Below are positions 19,387-28,414 of a stretch of 64,000 nucleotides of DNA, piece after piece; the first letter of the stretch is position 1, and each line of letters opens with the position of its first letter. The notes under the pieces were generated by a model that was given only the letters and a program-made list of their open reading frames with translations, was not told where the DNA came from and did not search any database. The translations under genes were made by a program, and so were the position numbers. The stretch lies in NCBI GenBank assembly GCA_964490785.1, contig CAZBDZ010000009.1:2812-66811 (forward strand). The letters run 5' to 3'. This DNA comes from an uncultured Phycisphaeraceae bacterium. GTDB lineage: Bacteria; Planctomycetota; Phycisphaerae; Phycisphaerales; UBA1924.

Positions 19387-20028
19387 TCATGCGCCTTCCC
19401 CCGCGCGTTCCCGCTCGCGTTTCTCTTTCGCCTCGTGCTGCGTCTTCGGCGTGACATGGAAGATCGCCGTGCATTTCCCGACGCGCATGTCCCGCGCCGG
19501 CTTCTTTCGGCCGGGGACGGGCAGGCGCTGCTGGAGGATGTCGAGGTCGAGTTCGATGTTGAACTCCTCGTGCGTCTCGACGAGGGTCTTGAGGTTCTGC
19601 GCCGGGTTGATCTTGTAGATCGCCGGGCCGAAGCAGGGGCGGAGGAACCTGTAGCGCAGTTCCTTGCAGACGACGGTGTACTCGCCGCCGACCTCCGCGA
19701 AAAGGTACATGCCCCCGGCGATCTCGCTGTTGGCGAGCAGCGACGCCCCGGCCATCGCGTTGTACCAGTTGCGGTTGAAGCGCCGGAAAGGCAGCACCGC
19801 CGTGAACGTCTTCGCGTCCACGCGCTTCATCTGGATACCGCTCTTGAAGGCGTAGGGCAGCCAGATCAACGAGCACACGCGGTGCCAGAAGTTGTTCCGC
19901 GTGCTCAGCCGACTGATGAACGACTCCAGCCAGCCGACGAACCCCTGGCGGCGCTTGCGCACCGGAGCATGCGCCGGCTCACCGGCGACGAGGGCTTGCG
20001 ACTGGGTTTCCTGGGCGGCGATGGACAA
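19387..20028 (-). CDS. Hot-dog-fold (DUF4442/thioesterase-like) protein
   Basis: The pattern FRRFNRNWYNAMAGASLLANSEIAGGMYLF resembles DUF4442. It abuts the stop of the upstream glycosyltransferase gene. Confidence 0.5.
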   Translation of the reverse strand: MSIAAQETQSQALVAGEPAHAPVRKRRQGFVGWLESFISRLSTRNNFWHRVCSLIWLPYAFKSGIQMKRVDAKTFTAVLPFRRFNRNWYNAMAGASLLANSEIAGGMYLFAEVGGEYTVVCKELRYRFLRPCFGPAIYKINPAQNLKTLVETHEEFNIELDLDILQQRLPVPGRKKPARDMRVGKCTAIFHVTPKTQHEAKEKRERERAGEGA

Positions 20029-21939
20029 TCAGGGCCTCTCCGGGGACGGTGATGATATCGGCCCCGCCGGCCCCGCGGATACCTCGCCTATCACAAGGTC
20101 CACCCATTCGCCCTTCGAGTAGTTGAAGCCCGTCACCCGGCGCAGGACAGCCATCGGCCGACCAAGGGCCGCCTCGACCGCCTCCACGCGGGCCGTCGGA
20201 ACGACGAGCAGCCCGCCGGGGTTCTCCCCAGACCACGGCGCGACGTTCGCAAGTCGAAGCCGCCGACAACCCGCGTTCGTGAGGAACGTCAGGCTGTCTT
20301 CGTGATACCCGACGGCGGCGACCGGACGTACCTCGGCGGGGTCAATCGAGCGAACCGCCGCCACGACGCGCGAACTGACCCACAGTGCGTTCAGACGCGG
20401 GAGCACAATCCCGAAGACCGACGCCGACGCCACCACCGCCGCCGCCAATCCGAGCGTCTGCCCAAGGACCAGTCGCCCACGGAACACCGCGCGCGCGGCG
20501 GAGATCACCAGCCCCGCTCCCACGCCCGCCGAGGCGCCCATCGCCATCGTCAGCGGCCCGGGCGCAACCAGACCACCCAGCCGCGAAAGCACCGGCGGCA
20601 CGCATCCGCCCAGCACCAGTCCGATCGCCGCCCAAAGGCCCACGCCGACCTTGGCCATCCGGCCGCGACCGCTGAACGGGCCGCCCACGCCGACGACGGC
20701 CCGGGCGCTCAGGAGCGCGAGCGCGGGGTACAGCGGCAGCGTGTAATGCGGCAACTTCGTCAGAATCAACTCAAACACGATCCACGAGGGAATCAGCCAT
20801 GCCAACAGGAACACCTCCGCGGGCCGATCATCCCTGAAGCGACGCCACCAGGCTTTCGCCCTTGAATCGGGATCGCGGGCGCTGCGCCACGCCGAGGAAA
20901 GCCCGAAGGCGGTCAGCATGCTCCCAGGCCAGAACAGCGCCGGCAGAAGAACGAGGTGGTATCCCGGCGGCCCCCAATGTCCCTCCGCGGCGGACACGCT
21001 CCGGCCGAGCGTTTCATCGCGGAGGATCGTCAGGTACCGACTCCACCCCACTTCGCCCGCCACGAGAACAACCCAGGGCATCACAACGGTCGCCACCAGA
21101 ACAAGCCCGAGAACCGGGCGAAGCGAGAGGAGCCAGCGCCATCGTCCCGTCGCGGCGGCGAGCGCGAGCGCGGTCAGGGCCACGATCATCGGCGTGATCG
21201 GCCCCTTCGACATGACGCCGAGGCCGACGAGCAACCAGAGGACAAGGGGTGCCACGGCCAGGGCAGCGAAGGCTCTGCGGAGCGCAGTCGGCCGCGGCGA
21301 GCAGCCCAGTGCGCACGCCACGGCCGACTCCGCTCGAAGACTCGCTTCGCCGGCCGTGGCACCCGGGAGATCCCGGTTCCAGCACCGCCAGAGCGCCCAC
21401 ATGGCCGCCGTCGTCGCCGTGAGAAGCAGTTGGTCCGCGCGCGCCTGTCGCGCATCCCACATCACCATGACCGAGCACCCCAGCATCGCCCCGGCCAGCC
21501 AGGCGACGACCGGCTCGCGCGGGTACATCGACCGCCCAACCCGCCAGGTGATGAGCGTCGAGGCCAGGGCGCACAGCAGCGAGGGCAACCGGAAAGGCCA
21601 GATGTCGCCGGTGAGAAGACCGATGGAGTTGCGCTCGTTCTTCGCGTCCGCCGATCGGAGCATCGCCGCGCTCGCCGCCTGAAGCCAGTAGATCACGGGC
21701 GGCTTGTTCAGCCGAGGAGTCTCTCCCACTCTCGGCACAAGCCACCCCTCGCGCGTCCCCGATTCCAGCATCTGCCGGCTCGCCTGGGCGAAGCGCGACT
21801 CGTCGCGGTCCACCGGCGGCAGGTCGCGCGCCCCGGGCCACAGGGCGAGCACGCACACGACGACAAGCAACACTCCGCCCCGCCAGCCGCAAAGCCACCG
21901 CCGGCGGGAGTCGGATGGCAACTCGGTCGGCATCGGCAT
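20029..21939 (-). CDS. ArnT/PMT-family (GT83/GT39-like) membrane glycosyltransferase
   Basis: N-terminal DRDESRFAQASRQMLESG...RLNKPPVIYWLQA and more than 10 TM segments. Confidence 0.8.
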   Translation of the reverse strand: MPMPTELPSDSRRRWLCGWRGGVLLVVVCVLALWPGARDLPPVDRDESRFAQASRQMLESGTREGWLVPRVGETPRLNKPPVIYWLQAASAAMLRSADAKNERNSIGLLTGDIWPFRLPSLLCALASTLITWRVGRSMYPREPVVAWLAGAMLGCSVMVMWDARQARADQLLLTATTAAMWALWRCWNRDLPGATAGEASLRAESAVACALGCSPRPTALRRAFAALAVAPLVLWLLVGLGVMSKGPITPMIVALTALALAAATGRWRWLLSLRPVLGLVLVATVVMPWVVLVAGEVGWSRYLTILRDETLGRSVSAAEGHWGPPGYHLVLLPALFWPGSMLTAFGLSSAWRSARDPDSRAKAWWRRFRDDRPAEVFLLAWLIPSWIVFELILTKLPHYTLPLYPALALLSARAVVGVGGPFSGRGRMAKVGVGLWAAIGLVLGGCVPPVLSRLGGLVAPGPLTMAMGASAGVGAGLVISAARAVFRGRLVLGQTLGLAAAVVASASVFGIVLPRLNALWVSSRVVAAVRSIDPAEVRPVAAVGYHEDSLTFLTNAGCRRLRLANVAPWSGENPGGLLVVPTARVEAVEAALGRPMAVLRRVTGFNYSKGEWVDLVIGEVSAGPAGPISSPSPERP

Positions 21940-22664
21940 CGCAATCGACTATAACCGTGCCCGGTTCAGCGGTGCTTCACGCCCACTCTGACAACTCCGC
22001 ACGAGCCGGGCCGACGGCACGGGGCCGACTGCTCCTCGGCGCCGGCCTGATTGTCGCGGCCGCGGCCGTGCTGCCGTTCGACGGCGCGGTCTCTCAGTTC
22101 TTCACGCGGTTCCGGCCGGGGGGCGACCTCCGCCGGGAAATCGAACTGATCCAGCAGTTCGGCGGGCCGGTGAGCATCGCCCTGGCGACGCTACTGATCT
22201 GGCGCCTCGATGCACCCCGGCTGAAACGCATCGTCGAATGGATCCTGGCGGCGGGCATCGCATGGCTGACGGTGTTCGTGATGAAGATCTCCCTCGGGCG
22301 GCCCAGGCCGAAGTTCCTCGGCGAGCACCTCCACTTCCTGGGCCCTTGGAACACGCACATCGTGAAGGAGGGCGACCCGCCGAGGCATGCGTGGGAGATC
22401 AACGCGCCCGACGTCGCCGAAATATGGTCGATGCCGTCGAGCCACACGGCCCTGGCGGTGGTCGCGGCGGCGTGGCTCTCGCGTCAATACCCGCGGCTCA
22501 CGCCAATCGTCGTGCCTTTGGCGTGCGTCGTCGGGGCCTGCCGAGTCCTGTTGAAGGCGCATTACGCGAGCGACGTCTTCGTCGGCGCAGCGATCGGCCT
22601 CCTCGCGACGGAAGTCTGCGTCACGTTATCGCGACGCCGAGATCGCTCGGCCCCGCCTGCGTGA
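21915..22664 (+). CDS. PAP2-family phosphatase
   Basis: KISLGRPRP, SMPSSH, RVLLKAHYASDV. The start is uncertain: ATG 21915 overlaps the divergent gene by 25 nt, and GTG 21957 and GTG 21972 are alternatives. Confidence 0.8.
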   Translation: MATRSASASQSTITVPGSAVLHAHSDNSARAGPTARGRLLLGAGLIVAAAAVLPFDGAVSQFFTRFRPGGDLRREIELIQQFGGPVSIALATLLIWRLDAPRLKRIVEWILAAGIAWLTVFVMKISLGRPRPKFLGEHLHFLGPWNTHIVKEGDPPRHAWEINAPDVAEIWSMPSSHTALAVVAAAWLSRQYPRLTPIVVPLACVVGACRVLLKAHYASDVFVGAAIGLLATEVCVTLSRRRDRSAPPA

Positions 22665-23250
22665 GCCATTGCAGCAACGCACGGATGATCGCTTCATTCG
22701 CCTCGGGGAAGCGGTATCCCGACAACTCATCCGGATGAACCCAGCGGTGCTCCGCGACGTGAAGATTCCGGACCTCCGCCGAACCCGGCAACAGTCGGCA
22801 AAGCCGGGGATGCAGCCGGACTCGCCCGTGCGGGTAGGTGTGCTCAACGCTCGACAGGACGCCGACCACCTCCACGGCGATGCCGACTTCTTCCGCGAGT
22901 TCGCGCCGGACGCAAGCGTCGAATGGCTCGCCCGGCGCCGCTTTGCCACCCGGAAACTCCCAGAATCCGCCGTAGATGCCACCCTCCTTTCGGCGGGTGA
23001 TCAGCACGGAGATTGAAGTCGCGACTCCGGGCGACGATGTTTGGCTTACAGTCGGGTCCGAACGAAAGACGATTCCGATGCCGACGTCGGTCGGAAAACA
23101 CCCGCCGGCGGGGTCGTGTTTGTGCTCTAAATCCTTGTTTGACAAGACTTTATAAAAAATAACGATCCACGTTGAATCGGAGGTTGACCCCGCCTGACCC
23201 AAGCCTACGCTAGCCTGCCTCTGCCGGACCGTTTTGGAGTGTGGGGGCAC
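22621..23250 (-). CDS. NUDIX hydrolase (MutT-like)
   Basis: Nudix box GGKAAPGEPFDACVRRELAEEVGI. The start is uncertain: GTG 23250, or in-frame TTG 23145 just after an AT-rich patch. Confidence 0.8.
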   Translation of the reverse strand: MPPHSKTVRQRQASVGLGQAGSTSDSTWIVIFYKVLSNKDLEHKHDPAGGCFPTDVGIGIVFRSDPTVSQTSSPGVATSISVLITRRKEGGIYGGFWEFPGGKAAPGEPFDACVRRELAEEVGIAVEVVGVLSSVEHTYPHGRVRLHPRLCRLLPGSAEVRNLHVAEHRWVHPDELSGYRFPEANEAIIRALLQWLTQAGPSDLGVAIT

Positions 23251-23294
23251 GCAAGAAGGACATCTGAATCAGCGCGGCGCATAGCCGTGGCACG

Positions 23295-23335
23295 CCGTCG
23301 ATCGAGAATCGGAGCTCTCGATCGACGGTTTTTTT
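23295..23335 (+). terminator. Strong plus-strand intrinsic terminator with no annotated plus-strand gene upstream
   Basis: 13-bp perfect stem ccgtcgatcgaga / tctcgatcgacgg, an 8-nt loop, then T7 (23329-23335). Confidence 0.7.
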
Positions 23336-23383
23336 CTGCGCCGATTCTGCGGCGATCTCCGTCGATCATCTCGCGATAACTCG

Positions 23384-23818
23384 TCAATGCGCCTTCGCCG
23401 AGGTCGGCGCGGGCTCTGCGATGTCGTTCTTCGCCTTGTAGTCGGAGATCGCGGTGCGGATGGCATCCTCGGCGAGGACCGAGCAGTGAATCTTGACGGG
23501 GGGGAGCGACAGTTCCTCGACGATGTCGGTGTTCTTGATGTTGAGGGCCTCGTCGACGGTCATGCCCTTGATCCACTCCGTGGCGAGCGATGACGAGGCG
23601 ATCGCGGACCCGCAGCCGAAGCACTTGAACTTCGCGTCCTCGATCTTGCCGGTCGATTGGTCGACCTTGATCTGGATCTGCATGACGTCGCCGCACTCCG
23701 GCGCGCCGACGACGCCGACGCCGATGTCCTTGCGTTTCTTGACCTCGGCGGTGGTGCCGAAGTTGCCGACGTTGCGCGGGTGCTCGTAATGGTCAATGAC
23801 TTTGGGGCCGTAGGCCAT
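23384..23818 (-). CDS. iscU: Fe-S cluster assembly scaffold IscU/NifU
   Basis: GAPECGDVMQIQ, FKCFGCGSAIASSS, IHCSVLAEDAI. GGAGAA Shine-Dalgarno upstream. Confidence 0.95.
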   Translation of the reverse strand: MAYGPKVIDHYEHPRNVGNFGTTAEVKKRKDIGVGVVGAPECGDVMQIQIKVDQSTGKIEDAKFKCFGCGSAIASSSLATEWIKGMTVDEALNIKNTDIVEELSLPPVKIHCSVLAEDAIRTAISDYKAKNDIAEPAPTSAKAH

Positions 23819-23833
23819 CTCGGGATTCTCCGT

Positions 23834-24097
23834 TCAGTTGTCAGGATTCAGCAGAATGCTGATGCTGCTTCCCGTCATTCCTTCGAGTTGCTGCTGCATG
23901 TCCTCCAGTGCTCGGTTGAGATCCAGTGCGTGATAGGGGATTCCACCCGCGTAATACACGGCGGGCACAATCCACAAGCCATAACTCTCCTCGACGTCCT
24001 GGGTGTCAAGCCTGATTCCGAACTTTGAGAGCAGATCGGCCCTCTCCTTGCTCACCTGCTTGACGGCTTCAATGACTTTCGCCTTCGTTGATTCCAT
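23834..24097 (-). CDS. Orphan 87-aa protein, partner of the HEPN gene
   Basis: ATG is preceded by AGGA, 9 nt after the HEPN stop. About 52% GC in a hand count. No MNT nucleotidyltransferase motifs. Confidence 0.55.
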   Translation of the reverse strand: MESTKAKVIEAVKQVSKERADLLSKFGIRLDTQDVEESYGLWIVPAVYYAGGIPYHALDLNRALEDMQQQLEGMTGSSISILLNPDN

Positions 24098-24106
24098 GTT
24101 TCGTCC

Positions 24107-24526
24107 TTAGCGACGGATCGCCTCAACCAGTCTCACCAACTCCATCGAGTGCTTCACGGTTCGCTTCGCATCCTGATCGTCCACAGCCGCGCTCGGATTG
24201 TAGTCCGCATAGCCGCGCGTTCGCTGGAGGTCCTCCAAGTGCAGTCGCATGACCTCGTTCACGATCCCCGCGCGAGGCCGAACCTGTTGCAAACACGCCC
24301 GGAGAACCCCGGGAAGGCTCTTGTGCTTCCAGTTACCTTGTTCCGGCGGCCTCGGGCCATTCGGGATGCCAAACGCCAGCGCATGCACGGCTTGGTAGGC
24401 AGCGTAGTAGGCCCGATTCGCAGCCGACCGCGCGGAAGTCGGACTTTCGAGGAGGAGCCGGGCCGCCCTCAGTGAACCTTGAGCAAGGTCAATCCATCCC
24501 CGAGCATCATCCGTTGGGCTTGCCAT
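24107..24526 (-). CDS. HEPN-domain protein
   Basis: Internal ATG 24526 overlaps the iscS stop (ATGA). AANRAYYAAYQAVHALA ... RTRGYADY ... AKRTVKHSMELVRLV follows the HEPN (PF05168-like) helix pattern. Confidence 0.7.
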   Translation of the reverse strand: MASPTDDARGWIDLAQGSLRAARLLLESPTSARSAANRAYYAAYQAVHALAFGIPNGPRPPEQGNWKHKSLPGVLRACLQQVRPRAGIVNEVMRLHLEDLQRTRGYADYNPSAAVDDQDAKRTVKHSMELVRLVEAIRR

Positions 24527-25782
24527 CAGTGCGCCTGCCACTCCACGGTGTTCAGGTCGATCCCCTCCAGGTGCATGTCGTACAAAGGCGAGAGCGTCCG
24601 CAACTTCTTCACCGCCTCGATGATCTTCGTGATCGCGTAGTCCACCTGCTCCTCCGTCGTCCACTTTCCCATCGAGAGACGCAGCGACGAGTGCGCCAGG
24701 TCGTCGCCCACGCCCAGCGCCTTCAGCACGTACGACGGCTCAAGGCTCGCGCTCGTGCAGGCCGACCCGCTGGAACACGCGATCTCCTTGATCGCCATCA
24801 TCAGTCCCTCGCCCTCCACGAAGCCGAAGGAGATGTTCAGGATGTGCGGCAGCCTGCGCTCCGCGTGCCCGTTCACCTGTGTAACGTCGAGCGCTTTCGT
24901 CAACTCGCGCTCCATTTTTTGCCGCAACTTCAGCAGCCGAGCCCCGTCCGCCTCCATCTCGTTCAGCGCGATCTCGCACGCCTTCCCGAAGCCGACGATC
25001 CCGGTCACGTTGTGCGTGCCCGAGCGGTAGCCGCGCTCCTGCCCGCCGCCCTCGATCTGGGCCACCAGCCGGACGCGCGGGTTCCGCCGCCGCACGTAGA
25101 GCGCCCCGACTCCCTTCGGCCCGTAGATCTTGTGCCCGCTCCACGTCAGCAGGTCGATCCCGTCGCGCTCCACGTTCGTCGGCATCTTCCCCACCCACTG
25201 CGTCGCGTCGGTGTGGAAGATCACGTTCCGACTCTTGCAGAGACTCCCGATCTCGGGCACTTCGTTGATCGTGCCGATCTCGTTGTTCGCCCACATGAGC
25301 GTCACGAGGATCGTGTCGTCGCGCATCGCCGACTTGACCGCCTCGGCCGTGATGACCCCGTCTCGCGGGGGTTCAAGGAAAGTGACGTCGAACCCCTCCT
25401 TCTGCAGCCGCTTGCACGGGTCGAGCACCGCCTTGTGCTCGTGGATGGCGGTGATGACGTGCCCGCGCTTCGCGGAGCCGGCCGGGTTCTTCTCGTACAT
25501 CTCCGCCGCGCCCTTGATCGCGAGGTTGTTCCCCTCCGTCGAGCCGCTCGTGAAGATGATCTCCTTTTCGTTCGCGCCGATCAGCGCCGCCGCCTGCGCG
25601 CGGGCGCGGTCGATCCCCTCCTCCGCCTCCCAGCCGAACTTGTGGTTCCGCGACCCGGCGTTGCCGAACTTCTCCGTGAAAAACGGCAGCATCGCCTCAA
25701 CCACCCGCGGGTCGCAGGGAGTCGTGGCGGCATGATCAAAATAGATGGGCAGTCTGAGCATGGGGTCATCCTCGGGAACCAC
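24526..25782 (-). CDS. iscS: Cysteine desulfurase IscS/NifS
   Basis: SGHKIYGPKGVGALYV (PLP Lys) and SSGSACTS (active Cys). Start is 25782 or 25761. Confidence 0.95.
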   Translation of the reverse strand: MVPEDDPMLRLPIYFDHAATTPCDPRVVEAMLPFFTEKFGNAGSRNHKFGWEAEEGIDRARAQAAALIGANEKEIIFTSGSTEGNNLAIKGAAEMYEKNPAGSAKRGHVITAIHEHKAVLDPCKRLQKEGFDVTFLEPPRDGVITAEAVKSAMRDDTILVTLMWANNEIGTINEVPEIGSLCKSRNVIFHTDATQWVGKMPTNVERDGIDLLTWSGHKIYGPKGVGALYVRRRNPRVRLVAQIEGGGQERGYRSGTHNVTGIVGFGKACEIALNEMEADGARLLKLRQKMERELTKALDVTQVNGHAERRLPHILNISFGFVEGEGLMMAIKEIACSSGSACTSASLEPSYVLKALGVGDDLAHSSLRLSMGKWTTEEQVDYAITKIIEAVKKLRTLSPLYDMHLEGIDLNTVEWQAH

Positions 25783-25899
25783 GGTATCGTATTGAGAATC
25801 CAGATCAGAATGATTCTAGACTAGCGGCGGCACCCGATCCACATCGAGTGCGGGGTCGTTTTGTGAGCCGATCCCCCGGAACACTAGTCTGGCACGGGC

Positions 25900-26658
25900 G
25901 TGGCTGCATCTTTCTCCCAAACCGATCCGTCGGCCGAGGGCTCTGTCTCCGACTGTCTCCGGCTGCAGGGGGAGGGGGTACTGCGCATGTGGCATCAGAC
26001 CCTGGTTTCGGCGGAATGGGTTGTTGAGGCAACCGCCCTGGCCGAACCCGGACCGGGTCGGCGTCATGGGCAGGCCGACCTACCCGACGGCGGGCGAGCC
26101 TTCGTCAAGGTCTACAACCCCAGATCAGGCCATTCCTTGATGCGACGGCTGCGCGCATCCCGCGCCGCCGCGGAAGGCCGGGGGTACACCGCCTTTGCCG
26201 AGGCCGGCATCGAAACCCCGCAACTCATCGCATGGGGCGAACTCCGGCGATGGGGGCTTTGGACCAAGGGGATCGTCATCACCCGGCTCATCGAAGGCCC
26301 AACCCTGGCCGAGCATCTCCGCGCCGGCGGATCAGCGGATTCGTTGATGCGGGCGGCCGAGTGCATGGCGACGATTCATCGGGCGGGCCTCGCCCACGGC
26401 GACCCGCGTTTGCGGAACTTCCTGCTCGACGCCGAGCGCATCGTCCCCTTCGACCTCTGCAGTTGGGGACGCCTGACGAACCGCTCCCGGCGGGACGACC
26501 TTGTGAAGTTCCTGGGCTCAACCCTGACGATCCTCGGCCCCGAAACGGCCCGTGCCGCGATGGAGCGGTATTCAACCGCCGCATCATGGCGCGACGCCGA
26601 TCCCGCCGACATCCTGCGGCACGCCGACGCCTACGCCCAGAGGGAGCAAGTGCCTTGA
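25900..26658 (+). CDS. Lipopolysaccharide-kinase (Kdo/WaaP/InaA) family protein
   Basis: IHRAGLAHGDPRLRNFLL catalytic loop. GTG start at 25900; the start is uncertain. Confidence 0.65.
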   Translation: MAASFSQTDPSAEGSVSDCLRLQGEGVLRMWHQTLVSAEWVVEATALAEPGPGRRHGQADLPDGGRAFVKVYNPRSGHSLMRRLRASRAAAEGRGYTAFAEAGIETPQLIAWGELRRWGLWTKGIVITRLIEGPTLAEHLRAGGSADSLMRAAECMATIHRAGLAHGDPRLRNFLLDAERIVPFDLCSWGRLTNRSRRDDLVKFLGSTLTILGPETARAAMERYSTAASWRDADPADILRHADAYAQREQVP

Positions 26659-27392
26659 CCGAACCCCATGTCATCGGCGGCCGGGGGGCGCACGACGCCC
26701 TGCGACGCATCCTCGCGGCCCGTGCCCCGGCGAAGGTGCTGGATTGCCCCTGCGGGCAGGGCGTCCTCGCCGCCTACCTCCGCGATCTGAAATGGGACGT
26801 GCATTGCTCGGACATCGACGAAGGAAACCTGATCGTCCCCGGCCTGCCCTTCAAGCCCGCAAACCTCAACCGCGGCCTGCCCCACGCCGATGCGGAGTTC
26901 GACGCCGTCGTCTGCGCCAACGGCCTGCACCGTCTCTTCAACCCAGGCCGGGCCGTCGCCGAGTTCCACCGCGTCCTCAAGCCCGGCGGAACCCTGTACC
27001 TGAACCTGAACAACTACTCCGCCCTCGGCCGACGACTCCGCTTCCTCCTCTACGGCTCGCTCGACAACGCCCTCAACGCGGGCAAGTGCGAACAAACAAC
27101 CGCGGACCCGGAGGCCAATGTCCGCGTGCCTCTTTTGTTGCCCGTCGCGGCCAACCTGCTGGAGAGCGCAGGCTTCGAGTTCCGCGGGGCCTGGGCGTCA
27201 GGGATGGACGCCTCGGGCGTATTGCTGTGGCCGATGGCAATCGTGATGCGCGCGGCGAGCCTGCTCGTGCAGGGAAAGAGCCGCCGGCGGAATCACCTCT
27301 GGCTCACGAACAACGCGGCCGCGCTTCCAGGCGGACGGTATGTCCTGATCGAAGCGGTCAAGACGAGCCCTTCGCGCAAGCGAAAGCAATGA
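26655..27392 (+). CDS. Class I SAM-dependent methyltransferase
   Basis: TTG start overlaps the kinase stop. Motif I VLDCPCGQG; VLKPGGTLYL. Confidence 0.8.
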   Translation: MTEPHVIGGRGAHDALRRILAARAPAKVLDCPCGQGVLAAYLRDLKWDVHCSDIDEGNLIVPGLPFKPANLNRGLPHADAEFDAVVCANGLHRLFNPGRAVAEFHRVLKPGGTLYLNLNNYSALGRRLRFLLYGSLDNALNAGKCEQTTADPEANVRVPLLLPVAANLLESAGFEFRGAWASGMDASGVLLWPMAIVMRAASLLVQGKSRRRNHLWLTNNAAALPGGRYVLIEAVKTSPSRKRKQ

Positions 27393-27513
27393 GCCGCCCG
27401 CGTCCGACACGACGGCCCATGCGCCTTGCCCCTCGACTTTCAAGGGGGGCGAGTGCGGGGATTGGGGGGATAGCGGCGGTGCGCCCCTGCTTGCGCATGG
27501 GGCTCGTCGGGGG

Positions 27514-28326
27514 CTAGCCGCGCCCCTTTGTGTCGTCCAACCCCGGCGTTTCGGCGCCTGATTCCTTCATCATCTTCAGTTCGTCGCGGAGGATGGCGGC
27601 CAGTTCGTAGTTTTCGGCCTCGATCGCCTTGCGGAGCCGCTCGCGGAGTTCGTGCTTCTGGCTCGCGGGGAGTTTGGTCGAGAGTTCGTCGCGCATGCCG
27701 CGGAGGAGTTGGACCTCGCTCGACTCGTCGAAGTCCTGGGGGCGCCCGGATTCTTCGTAGTACTTCTTGATCTGTTCGAGGCCTTCATCGATCATGAAGA
27801 GCGCGGCCTTGGGCTCGTTGTCATTGACCATCTGGCTGGCGAGCGCCCGCATGCGCATCATGGTGATGTAGGGGCGGAACTGCTCGAGGACCGCGCGGTC
27901 CTCCTCGCTCTCGGCGAAGTTCCGGCAGAGGTCGAGGACGCGGAGGTTCCGGGCCGTGTCGCGCACCACGCCGTCGTAATCCCCGAGCACCAGCAGGCTG
28001 ATGTAGCGGTGGTAATACTGCACCGCCTCCTCGCGCAGCAGGCGGCAATCCTCCTCGGACAGCACGGCGGCCTCGGCCTGATCGTCAGGATCGCCCTCGG
28101 ACCCGGCCTGGGCCTCGTCGATGCGCGACTCGTGGTATTCGAGGAGGCTCTCGGCCCCGTGAGGCCTCAGGGCGTCGGGTCGGCCCGTCACCTCCATCTG
28201 GAGCACCCCCAGGTCCAGCCTCATCTGGATCTTGGGCTCCCCATCGTCGCCCTGAATCAGCCGGACGTTGATCTGCCCCGGCTCGTAGGGCCATTCCAAG
28301 AGGAGTTTGCTGAGGTCGATGCTCAT
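27514..28326 (-). CDS. UVR-motif-containing conserved hypothetical protein
   Basis: Internal ATG 28326 (MSIDLSKLLLEWPYEPG). C-terminal UvrB/UvrC motif LRKAIEAENYELAAILRDEL. The upstream 63 codons of ORF 27514..28515 are read-through of a MITE. Confidence 0.7.
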   Translation of the reverse strand: MSIDLSKLLLEWPYEPGQINVRLIQGDDGEPKIQMRLDLGVLQMEVTGRPDALRPHGAESLLEYHESRIDEAQAGSEGDPDDQAEAAVLSEEDCRLLREEAVQYYHRYISLLVLGDYDGVVRDTARNLRVLDLCRNFAESEEDRAVLEQFRPYITMMRMRALASQMVNDNEPKAALFMIDEGLEQIKKYYEESGRPQDFDESSEVQLLRGMRDELSTKLPASQKHELRERLRKAIEAENYELAAILRDELKMMKESGAETPGLDDTKGRG

Positions 28327-28414
28327 CCGGCGTGCGGTCCGAGTGTAGCGTTCGGGCAACCTCGGTTGTTTCGGGGCGACATCCCGGCGATTTCCGGACC
28401 CGGAAGCCGGGGTC

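Noticed and set aside
23137-23336. Identification of the candidate sRNA as SRP RNA, 6S RNA or tmRNA
   Set aside because: I could not find the SRP domain IV GGAAGCAGCC-type block, a tmRNA tRNA-like end, or a 6S-like long closing helix. It is kept only as an unclassified candidate.
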